Assembly: GCA_035478835.1 (NCBI GenBank)
Contig: DATIJH010000005.1
Location: 5,593 to 69,592 of the forward strand
Source of the DNA: Candidatus Saccharimonadales bacterium
GTDB taxonomy: Bacteria > Patescibacteriota > Saccharimonadia > Saccharimonadales > UBA4665
Direction of reading: 5' to 3'
Length of the DNA stretch: 64,000 nucleotides
Shown: positions 35,975 to 45,339 of the stretch, one piece after another
Layout: the number at the start of each line of letters is the position of its first letter
Position numbering within the stretch: position 1 is the first letter of the stretch
Program-made: the position numbers and the translations under genes
The notes under the pieces: model-generated
Databases searched by the model: none
Seen by the model: only the letters and a program-made list of their open reading frames with translations
What the model was told of the DNA's origin: nothing

Positions 35975-37798
35975 TTATGCTGCGCTGTCTGCGGCAGCGA
36001 CACGGTTTACTTCTGTTAGCGTTGTATAGCCTGCTAGTGCTTTCAAATAACCATCTTGACGCATAGTTATCATCCCTTGCTCTTGCGCGGTCTTTTGGAT
36101 CTCTGCCGACGTAGCACGTTTGAGGATTAGCTCCTGCACTTTGTCAGTGACGTGGAACACCTCGTAAATGCCCATTCGGCCCTTATACCCATTTGGTGCG
36201 CCAGGACTATCTTTGCCCTTGGTCAAAGTATAAGCTTTTTGGTCACGAAGTGGCAAGGTTTCGTAGCCGAGATCTTTGGCAACTTTGGCGCGGTCTTCTT
36301 CTTTTGCCGGCAATAAGTGGCCGACCGTGGCTTTAATAGCTTCTGTTTCGACCTTATCGGACTGATACGTTTCTTTATTTGGACCAATGCGCCGCACCAG
36401 ACGCTGGCCGATCACAGTATGCACGGTTGAAGCGATCAGGAATGGCTCGATGCTCATGTCGAGTAAACGCGGCAAAATACCGGCGGCCGAGTTGGTGTGG
36501 AGTGTCGAGAACACCAAGTGTCCAGTAAGCGAAGCCTGCACCGCCAGTTCCGCGGTTTCCTTGTCGCGAATCTCACCCACCATCACGACATCAGGGTCTT
36601 GGCGCAAGATCGAACGCAGGCCGTTCGCGAACGTCAAACCCACATCGGCGTTGACCTGAATCTGGTTAACGCCATCAATTTTGTATTCAACCGGGTCCTC
36701 GAGTGTGACGATATTTATGGCGTCACTTTTGACCTCTTGTAGCAACGCGTACAACGAGGTCGACTTACCTGAGCCAGTCGGACCACTGGTGAGGATCATG
36801 CCACTGGTCGATTTAATGCCTTCGCGAATGGTACGCAATGCGCGGCCCATATAGCCCATGTCCTCGAGATGTAGGCTGGTGCCGCTCTTGTCGAGCAATC
36901 GGATCACCACCTGTTCGCCCCAAACTACGGGCGAAATTGCAATACGCAAATCAATTTGGTGATCGCCAACCTGAATACTAAATTCACCATCCTGCGGGAT
37001 GCGGTGCTCGTCGATCTTTAGGTTCGCCAAAATTTTTATGCGCGATACGAGCGGCGGCTCAGTGCTCTTTGGCAGCATCAAAATCTCGCGCAAAATGCCG
37101 TCTACGCGGCAGCGGATTTTAAGCGAATTTTGCAGCGGCTCAATGTGCACGTCACTGGCGTGATTTTTGGCCGCATATTCCAGAATCGTCGACAGCGCCT
37201 TGCTGATCGGCGAGTCCTGCACAATCGTTTTAATGTTCCGGCTCGAGTCGTTTACGTTCGCTGGCGCTGCTGCGTCGCCCGTAGTCTGCACCTGCCCGAT
37301 CTCTGCCGTCGGATTACCAATGGCACTAATCTCGCCCACTACCTTCTGCGAAATATTGGTCTGGTATTGGTGCAGTACTTGGCGAATGCCTTCCTCGCTT
37401 GCCGCGTACACTTTGAGCGGGCGGCCGATCTTGTTCGACAAAAAGTCCACAGCCTGCACGTTGTCGGCATCGAGCATTGCCACCACCAGGCGGTTCTGCA
37501 TCTCACCGAGCGGCACTGCCATGTAGCGCTCAGCGATATCCTGCGGTAACAGCTCCAAAATTTTCTGCTCTACGTGCGCTGCAGTCAGGTTCACATATGG
37601 AATTCTACTCACCTCGGCGATTGTTTTGGTGAGTTTTTCATCCGTTACAGAGCCGGAAGACACCAAATAACTGAGCAGCGGCAGCTTTTCGGATTCAGCC
37701 TTTTTACGCAGCTCTTCGAGCTTGTCTTTGCTCAGGACCTTATCTTTTACGAGCGTGTCCTCAACCTGTTGCTGGGTTGCGGCAGATAAAACACTCAT
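35975..37798 (-). CDS. pilB: type IV pilus assembly (extension) ATPase, GspE family
   Basis: 607 aa. It has an N-terminal GspE-N domain, ASDVHIEP, TSGPTGSGKSTSLYA, DPDVVMVGEIRD and GHLVFSTLHTNSA. Confidence 0.9.
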   Translation of the reverse strand: MSVLSAATQQQVEDTLVKDKVLSKDKLEELRKKAESEKLPLLSYLVSSGSVTDEKLTKTIAEVSRIPYVNLTAAHVEQKILELLPQDIAERYMAVPLGEMQNRLVVAMLDADNVQAVDFLSNKIGRPLKVYAASEEGIRQVLHQYQTNISQKVVGEISAIGNPTAEIGQVQTTGDAAAPANVNDSSRNIKTIVQDSPISKALSTILEYAAKNHASDVHIEPLQNSLKIRCRVDGILREILMLPKSTEPPLVSRIKILANLKIDEHRIPQDGEFSIQVGDHQIDLRIAISPVVWGEQVVIRLLDKSGTSLHLEDMGYMGRALRTIREGIKSTSGMILTSGPTGSGKSTSLYALLQEVKSDAINIVTLEDPVEYKIDGVNQIQVNADVGLTFANGLRSILRQDPDVVMVGEIRDKETAELAVQASLTGHLVFSTLHTNSAAGILPRLLDMSIEPFLIASTVHTVIGQRLVRRIGPNKETYQSDKVETEAIKATVGHLLPAKEEDRAKVAKDLGYETLPLRDQKAYTLTKGKDSPGAPNGYKGRMGIYEVFHVTDKVQELILKRATSAEIQKTAQEQGMITMRQDGYLKALAGYTTLTEVNRVAAADSAA

Positions 37799-37814
37799 CG
37801 TATCCTAGGCCCAA

Positions 37815-38066
37815 TTATTGGGCTGCGCCATTAAACGGATTCTGGTTATTATTGTTACCGATCTGGATGTTCTGCGTTGGATCAACTGACGATCCGTTAA
37901 AGTACTTGGTATTGGGCGAATTAAACTGAGCTGTAATCGGATCGACCACCTCAACATTTTGATGGCGGTTGCTTGGCGAAGCAAACAAGAAATTGGAAAG
38001 CAGCAGCGACAAAACGGCACTCACAAAGGCGATAACAATGATTAGAACGATGTCTTTCTGCTTCAT
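37815..38066 (-). CDS. small single-TM protein in the pilMNO-pilB interval (83 aa)
   Basis: MKQKDIVLIIVIAFVSAVLSLLLSNFLF followed by an Asn/Gln-rich tail. It overlaps the pilO stop and sits where PilP lies in diderm loci. Confidence 0.5.
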   Translation of the reverse strand: MKQKDIVLIIVIAFVSAVLSLLLSNFLFASPSNRHQNVEVVDPITAQFNSPNTKYFNGSSVDPTQNIQIGNNNNQNPFNGAAQ

Positions 38067-38737
38067 TTCACTACCTGTGTTTTAATGTTTAGGTTTTTCT
38101 CGGGCTGATAGTATGTCTGCGCGCTAATTGTGGCCGTCATACTGCTGTCTGTGCCCGTGTATTCAATGGTCTGTATCTGGAATGGGCGGATCGAGCGGTC
38201 AAAAACGCCAATGAGATTCTGTACCGATTGATACGACCCGCTTACCTGCACCTGGAATGGCATTGGCACTGGTGCCGGGTTGCTGCTGCTTTGGTTGGCA
38301 GACTGGGCGATTTCGTCGTCTGTACCGGTGATACTCAGAATCTGCAAGCCTTGGTTCGTGATTAACTTCTCGAGGCTGCTCGCAAGCGCCGGCCAGTCGT
38401 ATTTGCTTGGCAAAGCATCAAGAGTGATCTTGGCATTGTCGCCGTCCTGCTGCCCTGTTCCCTGCGGATTGCCGCCAATAATGTTCTGCGGCGTGCCCAC
38501 AAATGCCTTATACGAGCCAACCAGGCTGTCGCGCGCACTCAAATCTGCCTTCAGCTGCGCAACTGCCTTCTTCTTACCAGAGATGACACGGTTCTGGTAC
38601 CCTGCCTGGCTAAGCAGTGACTTGGACGCGATAAGCGCAAATATAACAACGAAAGCCGCAATAGCAGTCGAGGCAACAATGCGCCGGTTTGCCTTGCTAA
38701 TAAGTGTTCGTTTGGTGAGTGATACTGTACGTGCCAT
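38063..38737 (-). CDS. pilO: PilO-like pilus biogenesis protein
   Basis: A single TM (IVASTAIAAFVVIFALIA), a coiled coil and a ferredoxin-like C-terminus (PFQVQVSGSYQSVQNLIGVFD). The likely start is the internal ATG at 38737 (MARTVSL). Confidence 0.65.
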   Translation of the reverse strand: MARTVSLTKRTLISKANRRIVASTAIAAFVVIFALIASKSLLSQAGYQNRVISGKKKAVAQLKADLSARDSLVGSYKAFVGTPQNIIGGNPQGTGQQDGDNAKITLDALPSKYDWPALASSLEKLITNQGLQILSITGTDDEIAQSANQSSSNPAPVPMPFQVQVSGSYQSVQNLIGVFDRSIRPFQIQTIEYTGTDSSMTATISAQTYYQPEKNLNIKTQVVK

Positions 38738-38744
38738 ATATTGC

Positions 38745-39422
38745 CTATTGCCCACTACTTGAATTTTGGAATAGCGCAGTCGGTTGCTCGACCACCGACC
38801 GAGTACTGATAATCTGCGGAACATTTAAGGTTACACCATCGCTGGTCTCGCTGAAGATTGCAGGGTCAAAGCTGGCGGTGATCGTGTACGTCGCACCTTT
38901 TTTGTCGCGCGAAAGGTTGGTCACAACTTGTGAGAAGGCCGCTTTCGAGCTTGTGCCACTCGACGGAATGCTATATGTCGCGAACTTCAGCGTGTCAGCG
39001 AAGGTGTTCACGACATCTACGCTCACGGCATCACCATTGGCAGTAATGGTGTTTTTATTGAAATCGACATCCAGTTTTGAGATGGTTGCCTGTGTCGGCG
39101 TAAGCTGGCTCAGAAACCCACCGAGGCGCGTCACCACAGCCTTCTTATCGTGCAGTCCGGTTAAAGCGTTGAGCTGGTTCTGGATGGTCAAGATCTTGTT
39201 CAGATCCTGCGTCGATTGTAATTGCTGCGAGTTAGTCTTGATGTCTTTATTGAGGTCGCTTAAATTCTTACGCTGCACACCATACACCACGCCCAGCAGC
39301 AATACAACTACCGCAACGCCGGCAATTATTGCAGCGGTAGAAATCAGAATAACGAGCTGCTCCTGGCGCCGCGCCCGCAAATATTGCAATTTTACATCTG
39401 GTAAAAGGTTAAACTGGACCAT
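38745..39422 (-). CDS. pilN: PilN-like fimbrial assembly protein
   Basis: MVQFNLLPDVKLQYLRARRQEQLVILISTAAIIAGVAVVVLLL is the typical PilN N-terminus. Confidence 0.7.
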   Translation of the reverse strand: MVQFNLLPDVKLQYLRARRQEQLVILISTAAIIAGVAVVVLLLGVVYGVQRKNLSDLNKDIKTNSQQLQSTQDLNKILTIQNQLNALTGLHDKKAVVTRLGGFLSQLTPTQATISKLDVDFNKNTITANGDAVSVDVVNTFADTLKFATYSIPSSGTSSKAAFSQVVTNLSRDKKGATYTITASFDPAIFSETSDGVTLNVPQIISTRSVVEQPTALFQNSSSGQ

Positions 39423-40462
39423 TATTCAACCCTCTCCGCCAAACCGGCAGCCACGCCAAAGTGGTTGGAAACAGCCAAAAGTTCGTTCTGCCGCTCCGGA
39501 GCGAACGCGACATTACGCCATGCGTTACCAATCTCGACCTCGATACCGAATTTGTTTGCGAGGTACAGCGGGAACTCGGGCAAGGCCGAGGCGCCGCCCG
39601 TCACGATAATGCGTGAGATCTGCGTGTCGCCGTAGCGCGTTTGGAAGAATTTAATAGACTTGTCGATCTCGTTTGTCAGGATGTCGATCGTGCCGATGAT
39701 GGCATCGTAAATGCGGCCCTCGAGTTTGTCCTTGCTGAGGCCGAACTTAAATACGAACTGGCGGGCTTGTTTGTCGTCGATATTAAGGTTTTGTGCGGCC
39801 GAACGGATAATTGCCTCTGCGCCGGTTGGAATCGAGCGTGTCAGGCGCGGTGCACCGTTCATCGTTACCACCAAGTCCGTGCTCTTGCTGCCAATATCGA
39901 GCACCATTTGCGGCACCATAGCGTCCGGTGCAATAAGTGCACGCGTTAGCGCCAGGTTGTCCGGCTCGAACGAAATTACTTCAAGTCCGATAGACTCCAG
40001 CAAATCAAGCCGCTGCTCCACAAAATCGTTCTCAACACTTGAAAGCAAAATCTCTACCTTGGTCTGGTCCTTTGGCGAATCGCCAATAACCGCCCAGTCA
40101 ATCTTTGATTTATCAAGCGGCGTCGGAATAAATGAGTCGGCCTGGTAACGGATAGCCTTGGCGAGTTCGCTTGATGGCAAGCGGTCAAAGTCGACAACCG
40201 TTGTGAATACTTTGCCCGAGGGCACGCCAACCGCAACGTTCTTGGTGGTCATTTTGGCTTGGTCAAGCAAGCCGCGAATAACCTGCGCCAGTTTTTGCTG
40301 ATCGGCCTTAGAATCGCTCAAGACCACTTTGCTGTCGACGGGTACATACGCATAGCGCACCAGTGATTTTGGCATGCCGTTACCGCGCAGCTCGACAAGC
40401 CTAACCGCGGTGGTGCCTATGTCCAGTCCGAAAAATGCCGATACCCCACTCAGTAAACTCAT
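39422..40462 (-). CDS. pilM: PilM, actin-like ATPase-fold pilus assembly protein
   Basis: FGLDIGTTAVRLVEL, LDIGSKSTDLVV and IIVTGGASALPEF. Confidence 0.85.
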   Translation of the reverse strand: MSLLSGVSAFFGLDIGTTAVRLVELRGNGMPKSLVRYAYVPVDSKVVLSDSKADQQKLAQVIRGLLDQAKMTTKNVAVGVPSGKVFTTVVDFDRLPSSELAKAIRYQADSFIPTPLDKSKIDWAVIGDSPKDQTKVEILLSSVENDFVEQRLDLLESIGLEVISFEPDNLALTRALIAPDAMVPQMVLDIGSKSTDLVVTMNGAPRLTRSIPTGAEAIIRSAAQNLNIDDKQARQFVFKFGLSKDKLEGRIYDAIIGTIDILTNEIDKSIKFFQTRYGDTQISRIIVTGGASALPEFPLYLANKFGIEVEIGNAWRNVAFAPERQNELLAVSNHFGVAAGLAERVE

Positions 40463-40532
40463 ATTGGCCTGATTATAGCATAAGCATGGTGGGTATACGC
40501 AAGTGTGTTATCTGTGTAAAACTTATGCACAA

Positions 40533-42491
40533 CTACAGGACCGGTGGCAGACTTACGATCGAGTCGTACGTGTCACTCGTATTCGCCGTTGAACTGCCTG
40601 GAAGCGGCTGTGCGATCCAGAGTGCCGGGTTATAGTTAAACACTTCGGCTGCGCTGTTGCTTGTATTTGTGTCATTTGCCTTGGCTTGGGCGAGCGTGCC
40701 GTTAGAGCGCAATAGTTCGATCTGCTGGGCCGTAAAGCTACCATTCACCGTCAACTTATTGGCGCAGTTGGTATACACCGTATTGCCTGGCGTCGCCAGC
40801 GACATTGGCGTAAACGGCGTGGCCGGGTCGGTGCAGGTATAAATAGTACCTCCGGTACCACCGGTCTGTTGCGAAACATAAGAACCGTCGAGCTGCGTCA
40901 CTGCACCGGCAATGTAAATATTGCCTTTTACGATCAGGTTAAAGTTAGGGATTTGGCTCATAAGCCAGCTGCCGCTGTACCCAATATTGCCTTTAATGTA
41001 CACATCACCAGTGACATACAGCGTAGTGTTGGCGCTCGTCCCGAAGCTGCCGCCGGCGATCGTCAGGTTGCCATTGTATTTGTAGGCACCACTGCCGAGG
41101 CCGCTCACCGTAAGGCCCGCCGGCGGCACAGCGCCAACCGACGTTGCCGAGGCCGGTATTTGGCCAGCGTAGTCCGGTACGCACGGCAAAGAGCTGCCGA
41201 TCGACTTACCATATGTGCCATTTGCCTGATCACCGCCCGTCACATTTTGGTTACTGAATGCGAGACCGCTTGGTGTGGGTGCGCCGCTACTATTCTGCGC
41301 GCTCGCAAAATCCTGCAATATATTGAGCACATAGGCCGCATACTGCGTGCCGGCGCCCGCAAAGGTGCCTGCCCTTTGGTTCCAGCCAACAACAGATGCA
41401 TTCGTGTCCTCCGTACAAGCCGTACCAAACCCATTACCAGCCGAAACGTCTCCGCCAAATACCTGCGCATATGGCTTGCTTACCACAATAACGCACGCTT
41501 CGTTCGTTGCGGTACCGCCCCCCGATTGATCGGCAGGGCTCACCGCAAGCTCCCGGCAATACGTCTTGTTTGGCTGGGCCGTAAAATTATCACTTATGGG
41601 TATCGTGTACGTTTGCCCCTGTTGTATAGGCGGACAAGCGATGGTCTGCGTAGGATCGCCCGGTCCTGGCGGAGGCGTGCCGCTTACATACCCGTTGCGG
41701 ACGATGGTATAAATCGTGCAGGTTGCCGGATCGCTGGTACGGAGACTCGGATTGTTGGTAACGGTGTAGGTAAAGTTCACGTTGCTGCCCGGCTCAACAG
41801 TGCCACTCGGGTTAACGTTAACGCTCGGCTGCAAGCTGTAATCCAAATCTTCCAGGTAATGCAGTTCACCGAGCGGGTTCCCACAGTCACGCTTAATAGC
41901 GTACCGCGGCTGATGCGTCTTCTGGTCATAAAATACAATTGCGGGCGCGGAACCGGCGTCTGGGTAGTACGCCACATCTACTTTTGTGGAACGCGTGTTA
42001 ATCCCGCCAAAATCATACACTTGATTAAAGTTTATGAGGCTCGGCACCGCGGCTTCATACTTATAGACCAACGTAGACCACTTATTAAATTGGGTTGGAT
42101 CGCACGCCACGTTCTTTGGCGTACCCGGCGCCCACCCTAGCATAGTCAATACGATAAATGCCGCGCCAGTGTTGCGTTGATCGGTCTGGCTTGGCAGGGC
42201 ATTGCCTGGGCAATCACCCAAGTCATCGTAAATGGTGTGTACTAAATCCCAGCCATTGTTCACATTGAGGAGGGCCGGCGCAGGCAGCACGTTCCAGCGC
42301 GTGCCGTTCGCTCCCGGGCCGCCGTCGTAACCACCGTAAAAGTAGCCAATGTAGCAATTCAACCCGTCAATCGAGCAAGCATCGGCGCTCGCCATGTGCG
42401 GCCTGAGCGCCAGTCCGGCCCACAGTAAACCGCTCAAAAGTGTGGTCGCAATGCCAACACGGATAATGTTACGCAGTGTTTTTGTACTCAT
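40533..42491 (-). CDS. exported Cys-rich protein with beta-helix-like C-terminal repeats (652 aa), possible pilus-associated adhesin
   Basis: Signal peptide MSTKTLRNIIRVGIATTLLSGLLWAGLALRPHMASA. Many paired Cys residues. The C-terminal repeats are NLTIAGGSF...LYVTGDVYIKGNI...NLIVKGNIYIAGAV...KLTVNGSF. It lies immediately upstream of pilM in the same orientation. Confidence 0.5.
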   Translation of the reverse strand: MSTKTLRNIIRVGIATTLLSGLLWAGLALRPHMASADACSIDGLNCYIGYFYGGYDGGPGANGTRWNVLPAPALLNVNNGWDLVHTIYDDLGDCPGNALPSQTDQRNTGAAFIVLTMLGWAPGTPKNVACDPTQFNKWSTLVYKYEAAVPSLINFNQVYDFGGINTRSTKVDVAYYPDAGSAPAIVFYDQKTHQPRYAIKRDCGNPLGELHYLEDLDYSLQPSVNVNPSGTVEPGSNVNFTYTVTNNPSLRTSDPATCTIYTIVRNGYVSGTPPPGPGDPTQTIACPPIQQGQTYTIPISDNFTAQPNKTYCRELAVSPADQSGGGTATNEACVIVVSKPYAQVFGGDVSAGNGFGTACTEDTNASVVGWNQRAGTFAGAGTQYAAYVLNILQDFASAQNSSGAPTPSGLAFSNQNVTGGDQANGTYGKSIGSSLPCVPDYAGQIPASATSVGAVPPAGLTVSGLGSGAYKYNGNLTIAGGSFGTSANTTLYVTGDVYIKGNIGYSGSWLMSQIPNFNLIVKGNIYIAGAVTQLDGSYVSQQTGGTGGTIYTCTDPATPFTPMSLATPGNTVYTNCANKLTVNGSFTAQQIELLRSNGTLAQAKANDTNTSNSAAEVFNYNPALWIAQPLPGSSTANTSDTYDSIVSLPPVL

Positions 42492-43024
42492 AGCTTTTTC
42501 TGTAGCTCCGAAATTTGGTAATCGTACACCGCGGATTGATCTTGCGAGTTTGTACTGGCATCAAGCCGCTGTTTTGCCTCTTGGAATAATGCGATAGCAG
42601 TCTTGTAATCTTTGGCCTGCGCAGCGATGCTGGCGGCGGTGGCAGCCTGGTCGGAGTTAAGTTTGAACTTTTTATCTATCTGCTGATAGGTGGTGAGCGA
42701 CGTTTTAAAATCATGGGCATTGGCATACGCCGCAGCAAGCAACAGCTGCGTAGCTTCCGTATTGATGGTCTTCTGCCCTTTTAACAGCGTGATCGCACCG
42801 GTGTAATCGTGCGTACCATATTTTTTGTTCACGGCATTAACGAGGGCTTGGCCGGTATATTGCGGCCCGTATGAACTCGGGGCAACCTTGCGGTGAGTCG
42901 CTAGCCACCAGCCGCCCGCCGCCACTGCAACAACCACCAAAACTATCCCGGCAACAATCAAAGCCTTGTGTTTATCCACCCGCGGCTCTGTGACAACAAC
43001 AGTATTGTCAGATTTCTTGGCCAT
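42488..43024 (-). CDS. membrane-anchored TPR-like protein, first gene of the pilus locus
   Basis: One TM (ALIVAGIVLVVVAVAAGGWWLA) followed by helical repeats (AITLLKG...LLLAAAYANAHDFKTSLTTYQQI...AIALFQEAKQRL). The likely start is the internal ATG at 43024. Confidence 0.5.
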   Translation of the reverse strand: MAKKSDNTVVVTEPRVDKHKALIVAGIVLVVVAVAAGGWWLATHRKVAPSSYGPQYTGQALVNAVNKKYGTHDYTGAITLLKGQKTINTEATQLLLAAAYANAHDFKTSLTTYQQIDKKFKLNSDQAATAASIAAQAKDYKTAIALFQEAKQRLDASTNSQDQSAVYDYQISELQKKL

Positions 43025-43120
43025 CTTACCACCAAGTATACCAAAAGCAGTAGCGTTATAGAATAAGATTTTGCACATGTACTTTGCGCCATGTGTTTTA
43101 CCTCTGTTATAATAACGTTC

Positions 43121-44200
43121 ATGAGTTCACTTTCTATTGGTATCGTCGGACTGCCGAATGTCGGCAAATCTACCCTGTTTAACGCGCTGACCAACAATAA
43201 TATTTTGGCTGCGAATTATCCGTTCGCCACTATCGAACCCAACACCGGCATCGTGCCCGTCCCAGACGAGCGTCTGCAAAAGCTCGGCGAGTTGTACCAC
43301 ACACAAAAAATCGTGCCCGCCACCGTAACATTTGTAGACATTGCCGGCCTTGTCGCCGGTGCCAGCCAGGGCGAGGGCCTCGGCAACCAGTTTTTGAGCC
43401 ACATCCGCACCACCAACGCCATCGTACAGGTGGTCCGCGCGTTCCACGACGATAACGTTGTGCACGTCGACGAACAGCACGACCCTCGCAAAGACATCGA
43501 CGTCATTAACACCGAGCTCGTGCTCGCCGATCTGCAAACCGTCGAAAAACGCCTGCCCAAATTCGAAAAAGAAGCACGCGCCAACCCCAAACTTAAACCA
43601 ATTTTAGACACGCTGCAAAAAGTGCACCAACTTTTAGACAGCGGCAAGCCCCTCTCCAGCGTCAGCGACGTCAACCTGGAGCACATCGCCGATCTGCAGC
43701 TCATCACCGCAAAACCAGCCATCTATCTTTTTAACGTGGACGAGGCCGGCTTAAGCGACGATACGCGCAAAAAAGAGCTCGCCGCACTTGTCGCACCAGC
43801 TCAAAGCCTGTTTATCTGCGCGCAGCTAGAGAGCGAGTTACGCGGCCTTGACTCGGCGGACGCCAGCGAATTACTCGAGAGCTACGGGCAAACCGAATCC
43901 GGCCTGGTACAACTTATCCATGCCGCATACGATACGCTCGGCCTGCAAAGCTACCTGACCGCCGGCGAAAAAGAGGTCCGCGCCTGGACGATCCGCAAAG
44001 GCTTCACCGCCCCGCAAGCCGCTGGTGTAATCCACGGCGATTTTGAGCGCGGCTTTATCGCGGCTCAAATTGTGAGCTACCCAGACTTGATCGCTGCCGG
44101 CTCCGAAACCGCTGCCAAAGCTGCCGGCAAAGTCCGCACCGAAGGCAAAGACTACGTCATGCAGCCCGACGATGTCGTCGAGTTCCGCTTTAACGTCTAG
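43121..44200 (+). CDS. ychF: redox-regulated ribosome-binding ATPase YchF
   Basis: MSSLSIGIVGLPNVGKSTLFNALT, DIAGLVAGAS and the C-terminal TGS-like segment KDYVMQPDDVVEFRFNV. Confidence 0.92.
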   Translation: MSSLSIGIVGLPNVGKSTLFNALTNNNILAANYPFATIEPNTGIVPVPDERLQKLGELYHTQKIVPATVTFVDIAGLVAGASQGEGLGNQFLSHIRTTNAIVQVVRAFHDDNVVHVDEQHDPRKDIDVINTELVLADLQTVEKRLPKFEKEARANPKLKPILDTLQKVHQLLDSGKPLSSVSDVNLEHIADLQLITAKPAIYLFNVDEAGLSDDTRKKELAALVAPAQSLFICAQLESELRGLDSADASELLESYGQTESGLVQLIHAAYDTLGLQSYLTAGEKEVRAWTIRKGFTAPQAAGVIHGDFERGFIAAQIVSYPDLIAAGSETAAKAAGKVRTEGKDYVMQPDDVVEFRFNV

Positions 44201-44201
44201 A

Positions 44202-45230
44202 TTAGTGATAACCCATCAGGGCATTTTCGGCATTAAGCATGAAGTCGGGCGCAGGCGGTGTCTCAGGCTTTGCATAATAGGGTAGTTCGGCGCCGGCCGC
44301 CACATCGATCACCCGCTTACTAAAGGCGAGTTTTCGTTCATCATCGGCTGCAATGACTTGCTGAGCGCCGGCTTCATCCAGCTTTGCAAATGCTTCTCCT
44401 AGATCTTCCGTACCAGCCACAGCGCATATGTCTACGGCGGCGCGTGGTCCAAAGTCTACCTGCTGTACGGTTTTGCGTACGCGACTCTTGAGTTCACCGT
44501 TGCCTATGCCGCTCAGTGCGCCTTCAATTTTTTCAGGGTCAGGATACGGCATACCATGCTGGTCTAGGCTACTAAATTGGCCTTCAATCTGAGTACGTTT
44601 TGCCACGAACGATTCAGCAACGCCTTCGCGTTGAATTGTCTCCCCGACCCACGCGCGGCGAAGCTCATTTGATGGAGCAAATGAAATAGGAATAGTGCTT
44701 GCCCCTTGTGCCCGCAGTTCGTCACGCGAGGCGCTTGCGGCGGCAATTGCCTGAACCGATGCCTCAGAATTGGGATCAAATCCATTCGTAATAACCTCGT
44801 GCGCCACACGCGCCGAACGACCATTGCCGTCACGCTCAAAGTGTCCGAGTACAATACCAAAAGCCGCGAGATTGGCGCGGCGTGTCACATCTTCAGTTGA
44901 CCGAATCGTACGCATCGTGTGGTCAAGAAATTCATCGCGATGCCGCGGTGCAAGCAACATCTGCCCCACCACCTCCTTGCCATCAACCATGCGACTGACC
45001 GATGATGTTGTTTGTGAATGGTCTGGACGCTCTACCGTCCCGAGTACGGCTGCATTCAAGTAATCAATGCCTTCACGCGCTTGCCGTAATGTTGCATGCT
45101 GTAACAAATTATTCGCTTGGGCAGTATCAAGCTGCTCCATGCCCAGATGCTGCAAGCCTTCTGTCAAACGCTGCGCTACTGGATGCGCTGTTTGCATGTT
45201 GGGTAAGTTGTCGGCCAGTTGTTCGCCCAT
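44202..45230 (-). CDS. Fic/DOC-family protein (putative AMPylase)
   Basis: GHFERDGNGRSARVAHE fits the Fic spacing HxxxDGNGRxxR at residues 130-141. A [ST]xxxE[GN] match (TIQREG) lies at residues 198-203. Confidence 0.6.
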   Translation of the reverse strand: MGEQLADNLPNMQTAHPVAQRLTEGLQHLGMEQLDTAQANNLLQHATLRQAREGIDYLNAAVLGTVERPDHSQTTSSVSRMVDGKEVVGQMLLAPRHRDEFLDHTMRTIRSTEDVTRRANLAAFGIVLGHFERDGNGRSARVAHEVITNGFDPNSEASVQAIAAASASRDELRAQGASTIPISFAPSNELRRAWVGETIQREGVAESFVAKRTQIEGQFSSLDQHGMPYPDPEKIEGALSGIGNGELKSRVRKTVQQVDFGPRAAVDICAVAGTEDLGEAFAKLDEAGAQQVIAADDERKLAFSKRVIDVAAGAELPYYAKPETPPAPDFMLNAENALMGYH

Positions 45231-45339
45231 ATTTGTTTTGCTTTCGTTTGATTATATTATTAGCATAAGCTTGCATAATTGTCAATCTTCCGCTAAAAAC
45301 ATTGAAAATGCTACGCTATTATGGTAAATAAATACACAT

